Part shown: positions 14,867 to 29,569 of the stretch, in pieces | Layout of the letters: every line of letters starts with the position of its first letter | Position numbering within the stretch: position 1 is the stretch's first letter | Notes under the pieces: generated by a model | The model's database searches: none | Told to the model about the DNA's origin: nothing | Seen by the model: the letters and a program-made list of their open reading frames with translations, nothing else | Assembly (NCBI GenBank): GCA_964016885.1 | Contig: OZ024754.1 | Location: 38,626,001-38,690,000, forward strand | Length of the DNA stretch: 64,000 nucleotides | Source of the DNA: Eledone cirrhosa | Lineage: Eukaryota | Reading direction: 5' to 3' | Made by a program: the position numbers and the translations under genes

Positions 14867-14932
14867 TGATAAGGAACTCTCAGGTGAGCTGGACAGCAGA
14901 AGGTCTTCAGAAAAGAAACCCCTCTCAACCAA
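14850..14932 (+). CDS. PACS2: Candidate PACS exon (..ISDKELSGELDSRRSSEKKPLSTK); 5' boundary ambiguous because of the 17-bp array
   Basis: Coding-like charged, Ser-rich peptide; AA|gtgatt donor in phase 2 fits the 16-nt micro-exon at 16927. Acceptor uncertain. Confidence 0.45.
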
Positions 14933-15309
14933 GTGATTTGGCCCTTAATTTCTAGTGTTGTTGGTGTGTGTGTGTGATTATTTGTATGTTGATGAATAAA
15001 TGTATGTATGTGTTTGTGTGTGTGTGTGGTGGTTTTTATGTCAGTGAGTAAGCGTGTGTGTGTTTGTGTGTATGACAGTCTGTGTGTGTGTTTGTGTGTA
15101 TGACAGTCTGTGTGTATGACGGTCTGTGTGTGTGTTTGTGTGTATGACAGTATGTGTGTGTGTATGACAGTCTGTGTGTGTGTGTGTGTGTACCCATACA
15201 TCTGTGTGGAATGTAAATGTATGGTTTTATGAATATTTTTATATATTTGTATGGTAGAGTGTGTTGTAGCTTTCTTATCTGCATTACCCTCCCCCTGTCT
15301 CTCTCACTA

Positions 15310-15354
<45 letters not shown>

Positions 15355-15492
15355 ATATATATATATACATATATATACACATATATAGTGAGAGAGACAG
15401 GGAGAGGGTAGAGTGTGTTGTAGCTTTATCTGCACTACCCCCCTCTCCCTGTCTCTTTCACTATATATGTGTATATATATATACATATATAT

Positions 15493-15538
<46 letters not shown>

Positions 15539-15545
15539 GTGTATA

Positions 15546-15610
<65 letters not shown>

Positions 15611-15690
15611 GTGTATATATACACATATATATATATATATATATATACATGTGTATATATACACATATATATATATATATTTATATATAC

Positions 15691-15722
<32 letters not shown>

Positions 15723-15824
15723 TTATTTATATATACATGTGTATATATATATATATATAATGTGTTTATATATACATGTGTATATATATATATTTATATA
15801 TACATGTGTATATATATATATACA

Positions 15825-15864
<40 letters not shown>

Positions 15865-15866
15865 TA

Positions 15867-15905
<39 letters not shown>

Positions 15906-16148
15906 GCTCACAAATACACATAAGCCTACACAAACACATGTACATATACACTAGATGTCCAATAAGTAAGGCAGCCTATTAAACCTTTTAACAGTATATG
16001 TTATGTTTACTTATGGGACATCTGGTATTTTATATAATCGTGCAACAGCCTTCCAAATTATATTTTACTTTGCACCATTGGTAAAATGTGAAACTTAACA
16101 CAATTGCACCTTTGCCATGTCCCTCTACAAATTAGGCCTTAATAAATA

Positions 16149-16215
<67 letters not shown>

Positions 16216-16632
16216 ATATATAAATAAATATATGAATATTTATGTATATAAATAAATATATATATATTTATATTTTCGTATATAAATAAATAAATATATG
16301 TACATTTATATATATATAAATAAATATATGTATATTTATATGTATATTTATATCTATAAATATATCTATATATTTATATCTATAAATATATCTATATATT
16401 TATATCTATAAATATATCTATATATTTATATCTATAAATATATCTATATAAATATATCTATATATTTATATCTATAAATAAATATATATATTTATATCTA
16501 TAAATATATAGATATATTTATATCTATAAATAAATATATATATTTATATCTATAAATAAATATATATATTTATTTATATATAACTTTGATAGGTTTCGGC
16601 CAGTATTGGCCTAAGCCATGACTAACTTAATA

Positions 16633-16692
<60 letters not shown>

Positions 16693-16727
16693 GTATATAT
16701 ATATATATATAAATATATATATATATA

Positions 16728-16770
<43 letters not shown>

Positions 16771-16926
16771 GTGTATACATATATATATATGTATATATAT
16801 ATACATATATACACATTTTTTTTTTTTTTTGGTTAATGCCACCCAGCATAAGATCTGATTCCCATTGTTTACACTCAATATGATGAAGGTTTTAAAAAAA
16901 ACATCAAAAAAAAATTAATTTTTCAG

Positions 16927-16942
16927 GAATTCCGAACTTGCT
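16927..16942 (+). CDS. PACS2: Candidate 16-nt micro-exon (G-NSELA), phase 2-0
   Basis: ttttcag|gaattccgaacttgct|gtaagc, followed by a 75-nt GT-AG intron to the exon at 17018. Confidence 0.5.
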
Positions 16943-17017
16943 GTAAGCTTGTTCACTTGTCACTGCATACTGCTATATAAGGCTATCTCCTTTATTTACC
17001 TCTGTCCACCACAATAG

Positions 17018-17236
17018 GAGCAGGCTGACCAGGAACTAGACATCCATTCGTCGCCCTCATATCATGATGGCAATGCCCGCGATCAGCGATCAGAGCTGGT
17101 TCCCCACCAGAAGCCACCCCCCCAGCACAAAGCGAATACCTTTCAGCGCGAAAGGAGTTTTTCGTACCGGGAGAGGCAGAAAAAGCAGCATACGCTGGAA
17201 GATAGACGCAATAGTACGGGCCAAGTTGAACAAGTG
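17018..17236 (+). CDS. PACS2: Probable PACS middle-region exon (EQADQELDIHSSPSY...RERSFSYRERQKK...RRNSTGQVEQV), phase 0-0
   Basis: Pyrimidine tract + caatag|, 219-nt GC-rich open frame, GTG|gtcagt donor; joins in phase to the PRKV exon. Confidence 0.75.
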
Positions 17237-17545
17237 GTCAGTAGTTAAAATTGAGCAGTCTTGAGTAACATTTAGCAGCCAGCAGCTGTAAAGATGGTTG
17301 TCGTTTGTGGACCTTACCATCTCTCCTTATTTTTTACTCTTAGTTCTATAAATTCAGAGGAAACTGGCAAATTTATATTACACTAACCCTTACCCCTTCC
17401 TACCCACACCACCAAGAAATGCTTTTCCTACACTTTTTTGTTGTTGTATTTTGTTGTTTATTTTTTTTTTGCTCAGAATCACTGCTAATTAAGCTTTATT
17501 TAGAATTGTCTACAGAGTGCTGTATAAAATCAAAATTTTGAAAAT

Positions 17546-17578
<33 letters not shown>

Positions 17579-17710
17579 ATATATATTTGTATGAAGATAT
17601 GTTTGTGTATATATATATATTATATATATATATAAATATATATATTTAAATGTTTGTATGTAGATATATATATGTGTGTACATATATATATATATATAAA
17701 TGTGTGTGTG

Positions 17711-17748
<38 letters not shown>

Positions 17749-17996
17749 CACACACATTTATTAATATGTACACACACATTTATATAATTATCATTTCATT
17801 CCAGTCATAACATTTTAGGATATATCTATTGATTAAAAGATAATTTAAATTATGTGCTAGCCAAAATTGATTGATAGACTTTAAATTACTTAAAAATTCT
17901 CTGTACTCTCAGTAATACACCTCTGTGTTTTAGACCAAACCAACTCTGCCTACAATTGCCACCACCACTGAAATCTACCCTTCAGGATTGCGCCCT

Positions 17997-18190
17997 GGGC
18001 GGTGGATTGGCAGTATCGGTAGAGGGTCGGACGCCATGCTTTCAAGCATAGTTACGTCCCTTTACGATCTGGGTTCAAATCCCGCCGAGGTTGACTTTGC
18101 CTTTCATCCTTACGGGGTCGATAAAATAAAGTACCAGTAATGCACTGGGTAATTGCTGGCCTTGTGCCTAAAGTAGAAACAAGTATTAGT
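17997..18190 (+). mobile_element. tRNA-derived SINE family B with Meta-domain-like core
   Basis: A/B boxes, core gcctttcatccttacggggtcgataaaataaagtaccag, (ATT)n tail; about ten further copies in the window. Confidence 0.88.
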
Positions 18191-20151
18191 ATATGCAAAG
18201 TGCTGGGTTGTTTTTTTGTTTTTCTGCAAGGTGTTGGCGGGAGATAAGTATATATCTCTAGTGTACAGCTTTCCAGTAATATAGGACTTGGACACAGGCA
18301 TAGCTGAGTGGTTAAGAAGTTTGATTCGCAATCATGATATCCCAGCTTTGAACCTTCTCGGTGTCATCTTGGGCAAGTGTTTTTACTATACTCTCGAGTT
18401 GATCCAAGCCTTTTGAGTGAAATTGGGTTGGCAGGAACTGTGTGGAAGCCTGTTGTATGGATTGTACTTGGGACTCAAAGATTCAGCCATGTCATATTTT
18501 GTAACATTAAGGCTATACGTATCTGTCGAGTTCTCAACCCCTTGCATGTTAGTTTATGACATGGATGTTCAGTTGATTGAACGACTGAATGTTCATCGTT
18601 GAAACTGGTGGAGGATCCATTAACCTTTAGCATGCTGAATTTTTTTATGAATTGCTTCCCTTGACACCGCATTCTGTATTAACGGGAGGTTACTCTATCA
18701 GAAACATATGTCGCCTAGAGCCTCCACAGAAGGTTAATAAAGAGTAAGGTCTTAAATATAAAGTGGGACCACTCTCTCTCTCTCATAAGAACCACTACTA
18801 GAAAATTGTGAGAGGTATGGGCAACAAGCTATGAGTAAGAACAAAGCTACTTCAAAGCAATGAGGGAGCCACTACAGGGTTACTTGATCTGGTACAAATA
18901 GCAGCCAAATCTCCCTCAAATTATACTCTACTGTTTTATGATGGGGTCTTAGGTTTCATACACATCAGAAAAAGACAGGATAGGCACAGCTGGAATGCAT
19001 TTGATCAGAGCTCTGTTACTAGACCCATCGCCAGATTTTAGTGCTTATGTGGACATTTTAATTCTCAGTAATTCAATGGTGGAGTTTTGGAATAAGCATA
19101 TCACCATAAGTTTTTTTCTAAACCTGATGATGCACCATTGAAAAGTAGGATGGAAAGACAGTGCCATCTAGTGTCAGAACCCTGACAATGGACCCATCTG
19201 TATTTATCAGGACTGATCTGGTGTTAAACAGCAACAACAACAACAAGACTTCTTGTTGTCTGTACTGGAATGGAATTGGCTACCTGCATGTGTGAACCCG
19301 ATGAGGTGGAGTGGCTGTTCCAGTGTAACTCTCTTGCTGTCCTCTGGAGTAATGTCTTCTCCATCCTGTTGACCAGGACCAAGAGGCAGATGACATATTC
19401 AAGAACGTGAAAGGTGTTGGGGTTTAGCAATAAATATACCACCTGTCTCTGAGAACATGGCTTATTAGAACTTGCATCTAAGGAAAGAGAATTAAAATAT
19501 AATGGTAGTTTAACATCAGCAGAAACTTGATGAATGTATATGGTATATAATGAATAAAATGAAACCAGGTTCTGAGTAAACTACTGGTGGTCTGAGTCAG
19601 CAAAATTCAGTTAATAAGGTTTATAAATCTGAATAAGTTTATAAGCTATGAAAATACATGTTTGAAGTTTTTGGGGGCAGGGTCCCTCTCAGAGTAACAT
19701 ATTTATTCTTCAAACTCATTTATTTAGCACTATCAGAAACAGTTCCATTTTTCATCGCTCCGAAGAGGAGCACTGCCAGAAACATTACAACATGTAGCAT
19801 ACAAACTTATCCAAATTTCTGAACTTTATAAACAAGGAAAAGCAGATCAGCCCACACATCATCCTTTCCCCATATATTAATGTCGGTTTTTTGCCATCTT
19901 TCCATAATGGAATGCACCTCCTCCCTCTCCTTATTCCTGTTTCCCTAAGAAATATAACTTTATTTGTGGGGGTGCGGGGATGCTTTCAAACGGCAACCAT
20001 TTTTCATGCTTATTCTTAAAATATATTTACTACTTCAGCACTGCACTCTGTACTATCATGGGGTCCCTGAATCATGGCTAGCTTTAAATAATCAGGTTCT
20101 AGGATTAAAAAACACTAATATTCTACTAATACTATCAGTTCAGAGACTGAC

Positions 20152-20184
<33 letters not shown>

Positions 20185-20848
20185 CATCATTATTATCATC
20201 ATCATCGTCATCATCATCATCATCATCTGTAGAGTGTTGCACAAAATGCTTTGCAGGATTTAGTTATGACTTTCTACTTTCTGAGTTCAAACCCTGCCAT
20301 GGTAGACTTTACCGTTCATCCTTCCAGGTCCAATAAAATATGGCATCAGTTTTCCCCCTTCTCCTTAATTGCTGGCCTTGTGTCAATGTTAGAAATAATT
20401 AATATTATTACTATTATTGTTATGGTGGGTTATCACCAGACAAAATACTTTGTGACATTTCATGGGGGTTCTTTACATTCTGACTTCAAATCCTACCGAG
20501 AGGCAACAAAATAAAGTACCAGTCTTGTACTAGAGTCGATAAAATTGACTTTCCCATCCTCCTGCCTCCCTCAAATTGCTGGCCTTATGCCTAAATTAGA
20601 AACCATTATCACCATCATCATTATTATTAGGCAGTATTGTTAAAGCATTGGACAATATGTTTTGTGGCATAATGTTAGGGCCATTTATGTTTTGAGTTCA
20701 AATCCTGCCGAGGTTAGCTTTGCCTTTCATCATTACGGGGGTCGATAAATAAAGCACCAGTTATGCGCTGGGTCGATTTAATCGACTTTCCCTTCCCTTC
20801 AAATTTCTGGCCTTGTGTCTAAAGTAGAAGCAATTATTATTATCATAT

Positions 20849-21195
20849 GGAGGCACATGGCTCAGTGGTTAGAGCATTGACCTTGCAATTGAGAGGTTGT
20901 GAGTTCAATTCTCAGACCGGGTGATGTGTTGTTTCCTTGAGCAAGACACTTTATTTCACATTGCTCCAGTTTACTCAGCTGTAGAAATGAGATGATAGGG
21001 ACTGGGGTCCCTATCATTCCACTGCAAAGTGGTCGTGGAGGTGCCACGGCAAAAAAGCACCCAGCACTCACTGTAAATGAGGTTGGTGTTAGGAAGGGCA
21101 TCCAGCTGTAGAAATCAAGCCAGAATCAGTTCCCGTCCCACCCTTGCAAGCAGGGAAAAGCGGACGTAAAATGATGATGATGATGATGATGATGA
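20849..21195 (+). mobile_element. SINE family A copy, preceded by decayed family B copies at 20230-20840
   Basis: Near identical to the 6778 copy. Confidence 0.9.
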
Positions 21196-21229
21196 TTAGT
21201 CTTTTTTTTATTGTGCATCCTCACTGCAT

Positions 21230-21850
21230 TTCCGAGCACAGCTTCATATATATTGGGTATGTGTAGTGGGGTTCTTTCTATTGTATTGTACTCTTCATAA
21301 TGTGTGTGCAGTACCTAGTAATGCTATTTCTTGTAGACTGTATATATTTGTAAATCTTAGGGTTTTGGTTAAGTGACTGCCTGGGTGGTTTTTATCATTC
21401 CCAGAGCACCTATTACTATAGGGGTGGGTTCCGTTGTCATCTATCACCATTTCCTTGGTAGATATAGTGTCATCTGTGGAGATTGATACATAGATTAGAA
21501 AACATTTTTTTTTCTTTATGATTTTTTTTAATATAATATCTAGTCGATTGGTTTTCATCTCCCTGACTGTGTGTATTGGTGCATCCCAGAGTAGGGTTGC
21601 TTTGCCATTCTCTAACTGTAACTTATTACTAGGACCTATTACCTTATTCTTTGTGTTTAGCTCTGTCTTAAATAGTAATCTAATGTGTCCATAGCATTCC
21701 TTTCTTAAATTTATATGTGTCTAGTTCAATGGTTCCTAAGTATTTCTGTCTGTGTTTGATCCAATTCTGTTTCTTTATCTAGCATGATATTAGTGATTTT
21801 AACTAGTTTTTCTCTCTTCAGAGTTACTTTGGTGCATTTTTTTCTCATTG
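21230..21850 (-). mobile_element. Decayed R4/Dong-like non-LTR retrotransposon (restriction-like endonuclease region)
   Basis: Minus translation ENGKATLLWDAPIHT.REMKTNRLDII..KKCFLI.VSI..D, PIVIGALG, LQEIALLGTAHTL with frameshifts. Confidence 0.75.
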
Positions 21851-21892
21851 AAATATATACATATATGTATTTATATATATATATATATATAT

Positions 21893-21927
<35 letters not shown>

Positions 21928-22150
21928 TATATATATATATAGGTATATATATATATATATATATAGGTATATATATATATAGGTATATATATATATATAT
22001 ATATAGGTATATATATATATATATAGGTATATATATATATATAGGTATATATATATATATATATATAGGTATATATATATATATATATATAGGTATATAT
22101 ATATATATATATATAGGTATATATATATATATATATATAGGTATATATAT

Positions 22151-22199
<49 letters not shown>

Positions 22200-22206
22200 T
22201 ATATAT

Positions 22207-22237
<31 letters not shown>

Positions 22238-22246
22238 GGTATATAT

Positions 22247-22277
<31 letters not shown>

Positions 22278-22342
22278 GGTATATATAGGTATATATATAT
22301 ATATATATATAGGTATATATATATATATAGGTATATATATAT

Positions 22343-22379
<37 letters not shown>

Positions 22380-22488
22380 TATATATATATATATATAGGT
22401 ATATATATATATATATATATATATAGGTATATATATATATATATAGGTATATATATATATATATATAGGTATATATATATATATATAG

Positions 22489-22525
<37 letters not shown>

Positions 22526-22630
22526 TATATATATATATATATATATACAGGTATATATATATATATATATATATATAGGTATATATATATATATATATAT
22601 ACAGGTATATATATATATATATATATATAT

Positions 22631-22661
<31 letters not shown>

Positions 22662-22684
22662 GGTATATATATATATATATATAT

Positions 22685-22745
<61 letters not shown>

Positions 22746-22853
22746 GGTATATATATATATATATATATATATAGGTATATATATATATATATATATATAG
22801 GTATATATATATATATATATATATAGGTATATATATATATATATATATATAGG

Positions 22854-22880
<27 letters not shown>
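21850..22880. repeat. (TA)n tract punctuated by GG
   Basis: Direct inspection. Confidence 0.95.
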
Positions 22881-22886
<6 letters not shown>

Positions 22887-23949
22887 ATAGATATATTTAC
22901 ACACATATACATACATATGTATAATAATAGTAATAATAATAATAATTTTCAGTCTAATTAAAATGCCTCAACTACCATACTAAATATTGGGTCTCAGCTA
23001 AAAGAAAATCCGCCCTTTCCCCTGTGCTAGGGGTGTGCCTTAAGTTCAGATAAAGGATAATTTCAAATATAATTAGTTGGGACTCTTAGTAGTGCGAATT
23101 GGAAGAGAATTTGACAAACATCAATACCCCTACCCCTCTCATTTTTTTTTTTCTCTCTATCTCTCTTTATTTTTCTCTTTTGCTTGTCTTGCAATTTTGA
23201 CAAATTTTCTTGTATGCTGGACACTTTTTTTCTTTTTTTCCTTTATTCAACTTTCTTCAATCACAGCTTGCTTATTTTGCTCTTAGTTTTATGGTCTAGT
23301 TTTCCTCTTCCTGCACTGGCGCCACGGCCACCAGCTTCAATTTTTTTTTATTCCTCACAGCCTAAGTCATGTGACCATATAAACTTCTTAAAAACATTTT
23401 GCTGCCTTTTGAAATTAAAAAAACTGATCAATATATATATATATATTTATTCATATATATATATTGATAGGTAGATAGATATATATGTATGTAGATAGAT
23501 AGGTGTGTGTATGTATTCATATATATATATATATATATAAATAGAGAGAGAGAGAGAGACTGTGTGTGATAAATGATTATATGGGTAGATTGATTGATAG
23601 ATAGATAAAAAGAAAAAGAGTATGTGATAAATGTGTTTATATATATATATATGTGTTTATATATATATATATATGTGATTATATATATATAAATGTGATT
23701 ATATATATATAATATACAGAGAGAGATATACATACATACAGAGATTGTAAGGGAAGTCCCTTACAATCACAAATACAATAAACTCTCTCCTCTCATGACG
23801 TTAAGGTTGGCTATTCCTATCTAAGTATCATCACTTCCTAACACCGCTAGATGCAGCTGAAAATATGTGCACCCACACTGACCCCATACATGCATCTGCT
23901 GTAACCATAAGACTTGTCCTCTGGTGGTATCCTGTTGTGTTCTACAGAG

Positions 23950-24340
23950 CCATCCTCACACCACAAGATAGCATTCAGTGAAGTTATACAAGCATAACAG
24001 CCAATATGTTCAAGGGTAGATTTATCCAGCATGCACACTCCTTTAGGTGCAGGAGCAAAGACAACTCTACATCCTTGCCTCATTTTATTTGGAGTCTCTG
24101 AGATCAAGGGTGCAATATTCCCCACATCAAATGTGTACTCTAGATAGGGCATCCCCTTACCACCCTGGGAGCTGCTATATATTGCAGCAACTTGCAATCT
24201 CCATCAATAGGAAAACGAACCTCATGTTTTGCTGTCACTGAAGAAACACTTTGTTTAGCCACTGGCCACAGATATTCCACAAGAACGACCTTAACTTTCC
24301 CTTATCTTGTGCATGTGCAGGACAGACAGCTTGCAACCTC
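23950..24340 (+). mobile_element. Decayed Penelope-like element, GIY-YIG endonuclease / C-terminal region
   Basis: YTSITANMFKGRFIQHAHSFRCRSKDNSTSL and LDRASPYHPGS resemble the YIG..FK.R..H..SF..ST.LS and PY.PG..C motifs of PLE ORFs; frameshifted. Confidence 0.6.
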
Positions 24341-25194
24341 GAACTGACATACCAAAAGAAAACGTGCATCAGTTCTTAGCATGTACACCAAATGAACGCC
24401 TCTCCTTCAATTCAAGCCCACCTCACACCAGCTGCGGAGATACCAGAAGGATATATAAATTGATTATGTAGAAATGTCAGATACTAAGAACACTTTAACA
24501 AATAGTTAAAATCGGCTACACCTCAACCTAGAATGCTAGATCCTACATGGCCAGAAACTTTATTAGCTCCTCCACCCCTGGTTGCTGATGCAAAAGATCC
24601 TGGCCCAAAGAAGCGGATCCAAGAGGTACCAGATATTTTCAGTGGCGGTGAAATATACTTTATAAGATGCAGTACTTCACAAACTGTTTTAACAGAATGG
24701 CTGATTTCTTCAATTACTGCCTCCATGCATACAAATTCATACTGAAATACACCACCAACACCAGGATAAGAAATCTAGATACCACCAATTCAACAAACAG
24801 CTCCATAAAGCACTTGATATCACCAAATACTTCCATACAGACTCTCCTTTACAACCCTAGACTGCACTATAATAACCCCTCATTTTTTTCCCCTTGTTGC
24901 TTTCACTCCAGACCACAGAGCTTTTTTTTTACTAGATTTAGCCATCAGATACTTCATCTACCTTTAACTCAAACCACTCATTTATAGAATTGATAACATC
25001 CTTAGTCCTAGTGCCACCATAAAATGCACATTGTGCACTGTGTAGAATAAGAGAGTGTGGGAACATTCGCAAAGGAGATGCAGCTCCCCAACCAATCTAA
25101 GATGTCAGTAGCTTTAATAAAATATTGACTTCATCTGTGACAACCCATCCAACCCTTGCTAGAATGGATATTAAAGAAATGTGGACACGCACAA

Positions 25195-25420
25195 TAAAGT
25201 GCGTAGCTCAGAGATCAGAGAGTCACTCCAGGTAGAGCCGCTACTTCTCCAAATTGAGAGATCCCAGTTCCGATACTATGGTTAGAATGTCCCAGGAAAG
25301 AATTGCTGAACAGACTTTATAGGCAGAACCAACTGGCAGGAGACCCAGGGGTAGACCCCAAGCAAGATGTTTAGATAACATCCATGAGCTTGGTTGGTCA
25401 CGCTTGGGTATCCAGCCAGA
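25195..25420 (+). mobile_element. Decayed RTE-group LINE 3' ORF fragment
   Basis: EPLLLQIERSQFRYYG..RMSQER..PTGRRPRGRP..LGWSRLGI. Confidence 0.7.
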
Positions 25421-25977
25421 TCAGTTCACTCAGCTGGCAAAAGTTAAAAGTATCTGTAATCCAAGGGGCCAGCCATGTCACCTAGTGTCATGCAGAATCT
25501 TCCTGAGGATTACACCCTTTAACATTTAAACCAGCCATATCTGGCCAGAGTTGTCTCGCCTCTATCTGTTCAAACCGGCTGTAACCAGCTGCTCATACTA
25601 ATGTTAAAGTATTGTTCTCAAAATATATATCATAATCTCATAGATTCGATATTATGTGATATAAAGCCTTTACTATGAAAATACAATAGTATATATAGAG
25701 TAATGTAAATGCTAAAGGAGTAAGAGTGCACATGTCTGTGGAATGCTCAGCCACTTACATGTTAATTTTCATGAGCAGGCAGTTCTGTTGATTGAAACTA
25801 TGGAGGTCCAATACATACACGCACATGCTCTTGCACACATACATATACACACACACATACACACACACACACATACTCACACAAGCACACACACTCACAT
25901 ACATGTCAATGGAATAGTCAACTATTTACACATTAATCTACTAAATACAATGTTCAATTGATCCAACAATCAAACGC

Positions 25978-27220
25978 TAATCATTGAACCCCCACAACCC
26001 ACAGCTCATCATTGAACCCCCACAACCCACAGCTCATCATTGAACCCCCACAACCCACAGCTCATCATTGAACCCCCACAACCCACAGCTCATCATTGAA
26101 CCCCCACAACCCACAGCTAATCATTGAACCCCCACAACCCACAGCTCATCATTGAACCCCCACAACCCACAGCTCATCATTGAACTCCCACATTCAACAG
26201 CTCATCATTGAAACCCCACAACCCACAGCTCATCATTGAACCCCCACAACCCACAGCTCATCATTGAACCCCCACAACCCACAGCTCATCATTGAACTCC
26301 CATAACACACAGCTCATCATTGAACCCCCACAACCCACAGCTCATTATTGAACTCCCACAACCCACAGCTCATCATTGGAACCCCACATCCCACAGCTCA
26401 TCATTGAACTCCCATAACACAGCTCATCATTGAACCCCCACAACCCACAGCTCATTATTGAACTCCCACAACCCACAGCTCATCATTGAACTCCCACAAC
26501 CCACAGCTCATCATTGAACTCCTACAACCCACAGCTCATCATTGAACTCCCATAACCCACAGCTCATCATTGAACTCCCACAACCCACAGCTCATCATTG
26601 AACTCCTACAACCCACAGCTCATCATTGAACTCCCACAACCCACAGCTCATCATTGAACCCCCACAACCCACAGCTCATCATTGAACCTCCACAACCCAC
26701 AGCTCATCATTGAACTCCCATAACACACAGCTCATCATTGAGCCCCCACAACCCACAGCTCATTATTGAACTCCCACAACCCACAGCTCATCATTGGAAC
26801 CCCACATCCCACAGCTCATCATTGAACTCCCATAACGCACAGCTCATCATTGAACCCCCACAACCCACAGCTCATTATTGAAGTCCCACAACCCACAGCT
26901 CATCATTGAACTCCCACAACCCACAGCTCATCATTGAACTCCTACAACCCACAACTCATCATTAAACTCCCATAACCCACAGCTCATCATTGAACTCCCA
27001 CAACCCACAGCTCATCATTGAACTCCCACAACCCACAGCTCATCATTGAACTCCTACAACCCACAGCTCATCATTGAACTCCCACAGCTCGTCATTGAAC
27101 TCCCATAACCCACAGCTCGTCATTGAACCCCCACAACCCACAGCTCGTCATTGAACCCCCACAACCCACAGCTCATCATTGAACTCCCATAACCCACAGC
27201 TCATCATTGAACCCCCACAA
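25978..27220. repeat. 28-bp minisatellite, about 44 copies
   Basis: Unit ctcatcattgaacccccacaacccacag. Confidence 0.95.
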
Positions 27221-27450
27221 TCAACAATACATTATATCACAGCTTCTGTTACAAAGAAAACATTTATATTAGGTTTTTTTCCGCTTTATTTCTAAAAGCT
27301 AACAAAATAAAACAACTAGCCTTAAAAATGCATGGCTCAAACTGATGTCAATTTTGAAACCTGCTTTGGTTGTTTGTTCTTTTGATATTTTTCTTTGTTT
27401 GTTTGTTTGTTTGTTGTTGGTTTTTTTTTATTATCATCATACATCCTTAT

Positions 27451-27665
27451 TATTACTGGTACTTTATTTTATCGACTCCGTAAGGATGAAAGGCAAAGTT
27501 AACCTCGGCGGGATTTGAACTCAGACCGGCCCGTTATGGTCTGAGTTCAAATCCCACCATGGTTAACTTTCCTTTCATTCTTACGGGGTCGATAAAATAA
27601 AGTACCAGTAATACACTGGGATAATTGCTGGCCTTGTGCCAAGAGTAGAAACAATTATTATTATT
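27451..27665. mobile_element. SINE family B with fold-back 5' inversion
   Basis: Inverted arms of about 77 bp around 27528-27536. Confidence 0.85.
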
Positions 27666-28469
27666 ACTGTGTGATTATCTTTTTGAGCTTGCCTACTTTG
27701 TTTTTGATGGAATGATAATTATTTTGTGAACTGTTGAAGTAATATTTTCTCCCTTCCTTCAGTGAATGTCAAGACTAGTGTAATATGATTTGGTTTTGGG
27801 AAGTTTTTTGTTTCTAAGACATTATATATATATATATATATATATATATAGGCGTGTGTGTGTGTGTGTGTGTTAAAAAAGGTACTCAATGTGTTGGTAG
27901 AGAATAGGTGTTTTTATTCATATACAAATGACTTCTACAGGACTAGAACTGTTTCATTTGTATGGAATCATCATGGTTTCATATGAATGAAACTATTCTG
28001 GTCCTGTACAAGTCATTTATACATAACTGTATATATATATATATATATATATAATCAGTTCTGTTAAGAATATCACTGATTTATATAGTTTTAAATAGAA
28101 TTCATAGAAACTTTTTAGAATAAATAAATCAAATAAGAGAGAAAAAAAAAACAATTGGCACTATTGTAATGTTGTCCTAGGTGGACATGGAAACACCATT
28201 TTGTCATTCAATAAACAGAGCATTTATTTACTGTGAAACTTGTAAGTGAAATCTGAAGCTTCTCCGTTTGAAGTTACATGGCTTATGGCAAAGCTTCACT
28301 GAAACCTAAGCCTGCTCTCTTGTTCTCTGCACTAAATTTTCTTGATTCATTTTTTCACTAACATTTCCATTAAATCTTTTAACTCTTGCACAGCATGTTT
28401 TTTGGGGTTTTATTTTTTATTCACTAACTACTACTACTATTGCTATTACTACTACTATTATTACTACTG

Positions 28470-28516
<47 letters not shown>

Positions 28517-29537
28517 GTTCTTATAAAGTTGTGTTTTTTTATTTTTTATTACCACTCATTTGTCTCTCACTGTCTTTCATCAAAATTCATTGCTTGGATA
28601 TCTGAGCCCACTTTGGGTTAATGTCTGTGTCTTTCTCTCTGATTACTGTTCCTGCAAACTCTATACCATCTCTTGAATTTGTGTTTCTCTCACTAACTTC
28701 TATATTTCAGCTGTGTCTCATTTTTGCTCTTCCTCTGTATCTCTTCTTCCTTCTCCAACCCGCCCGAACCTATGTCTTTATTTTTCCTGCTAATCTATCG
28801 CTCTGTATTCCAGATAAACTGTATTCAACTGAGCTGTGACTACTTTACTACAACGACCTCGAAAACTTTAAATCATGTAAATCATGACATTGACTGGCTA
28901 ACAATCTACACATCGCTATTTCCAGATTCATAGATAGGCCGCTGTTTAGTGTTGGGCCTGTGTCCTTTTGGGACTAAGTCAAAGTATACACTACTTTGAC
29001 TTAGTCCCAAAAGTTTATGGGTTTCCAAACACTGTAGAACAGTCTGTGGTTGTCTTGATTAAGACTAAACCGTAACCTGTAGCTTTCCTGCCTAAGGATG
29101 AACAATGGTCTGTGGTTTTTCACCCAAGACTGAACCGCAGTTTGTTGGCCTGAGATTCAGCATTGATTGAGGAACATAGAAGAACACTGACCATCCCTAA
29201 TCTGGCTATGGACAGATACACACACTCATAACTACATACATACATACATACATACATACATACATACATACATACATACATACATACATACATACATACA
29301 TACATACATACATACATACATACATACACACATATATTTATATATTCTGTTATTTTAATAAATATTTGCTCTACGGTTCTTATATATTTGATATATATTT
29401 ATCCTTATCGAGCTCTTTCGATTTTAGTCTTCAAATTTATTATTATTACTATATATATATATACAGACATGCACACATAACTACATATATATATATATAT
29501 ATATATAGATATGTGTGTGTGTGTAACTACATGTATG

Positions 29538-29569
<32 letters not shown>

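Noticed and set aside
23847-24197. 116-aa minus-strand ORF
   Set aside because: Antisense shadow of a decayed Penelope-like ORF on the + strand.
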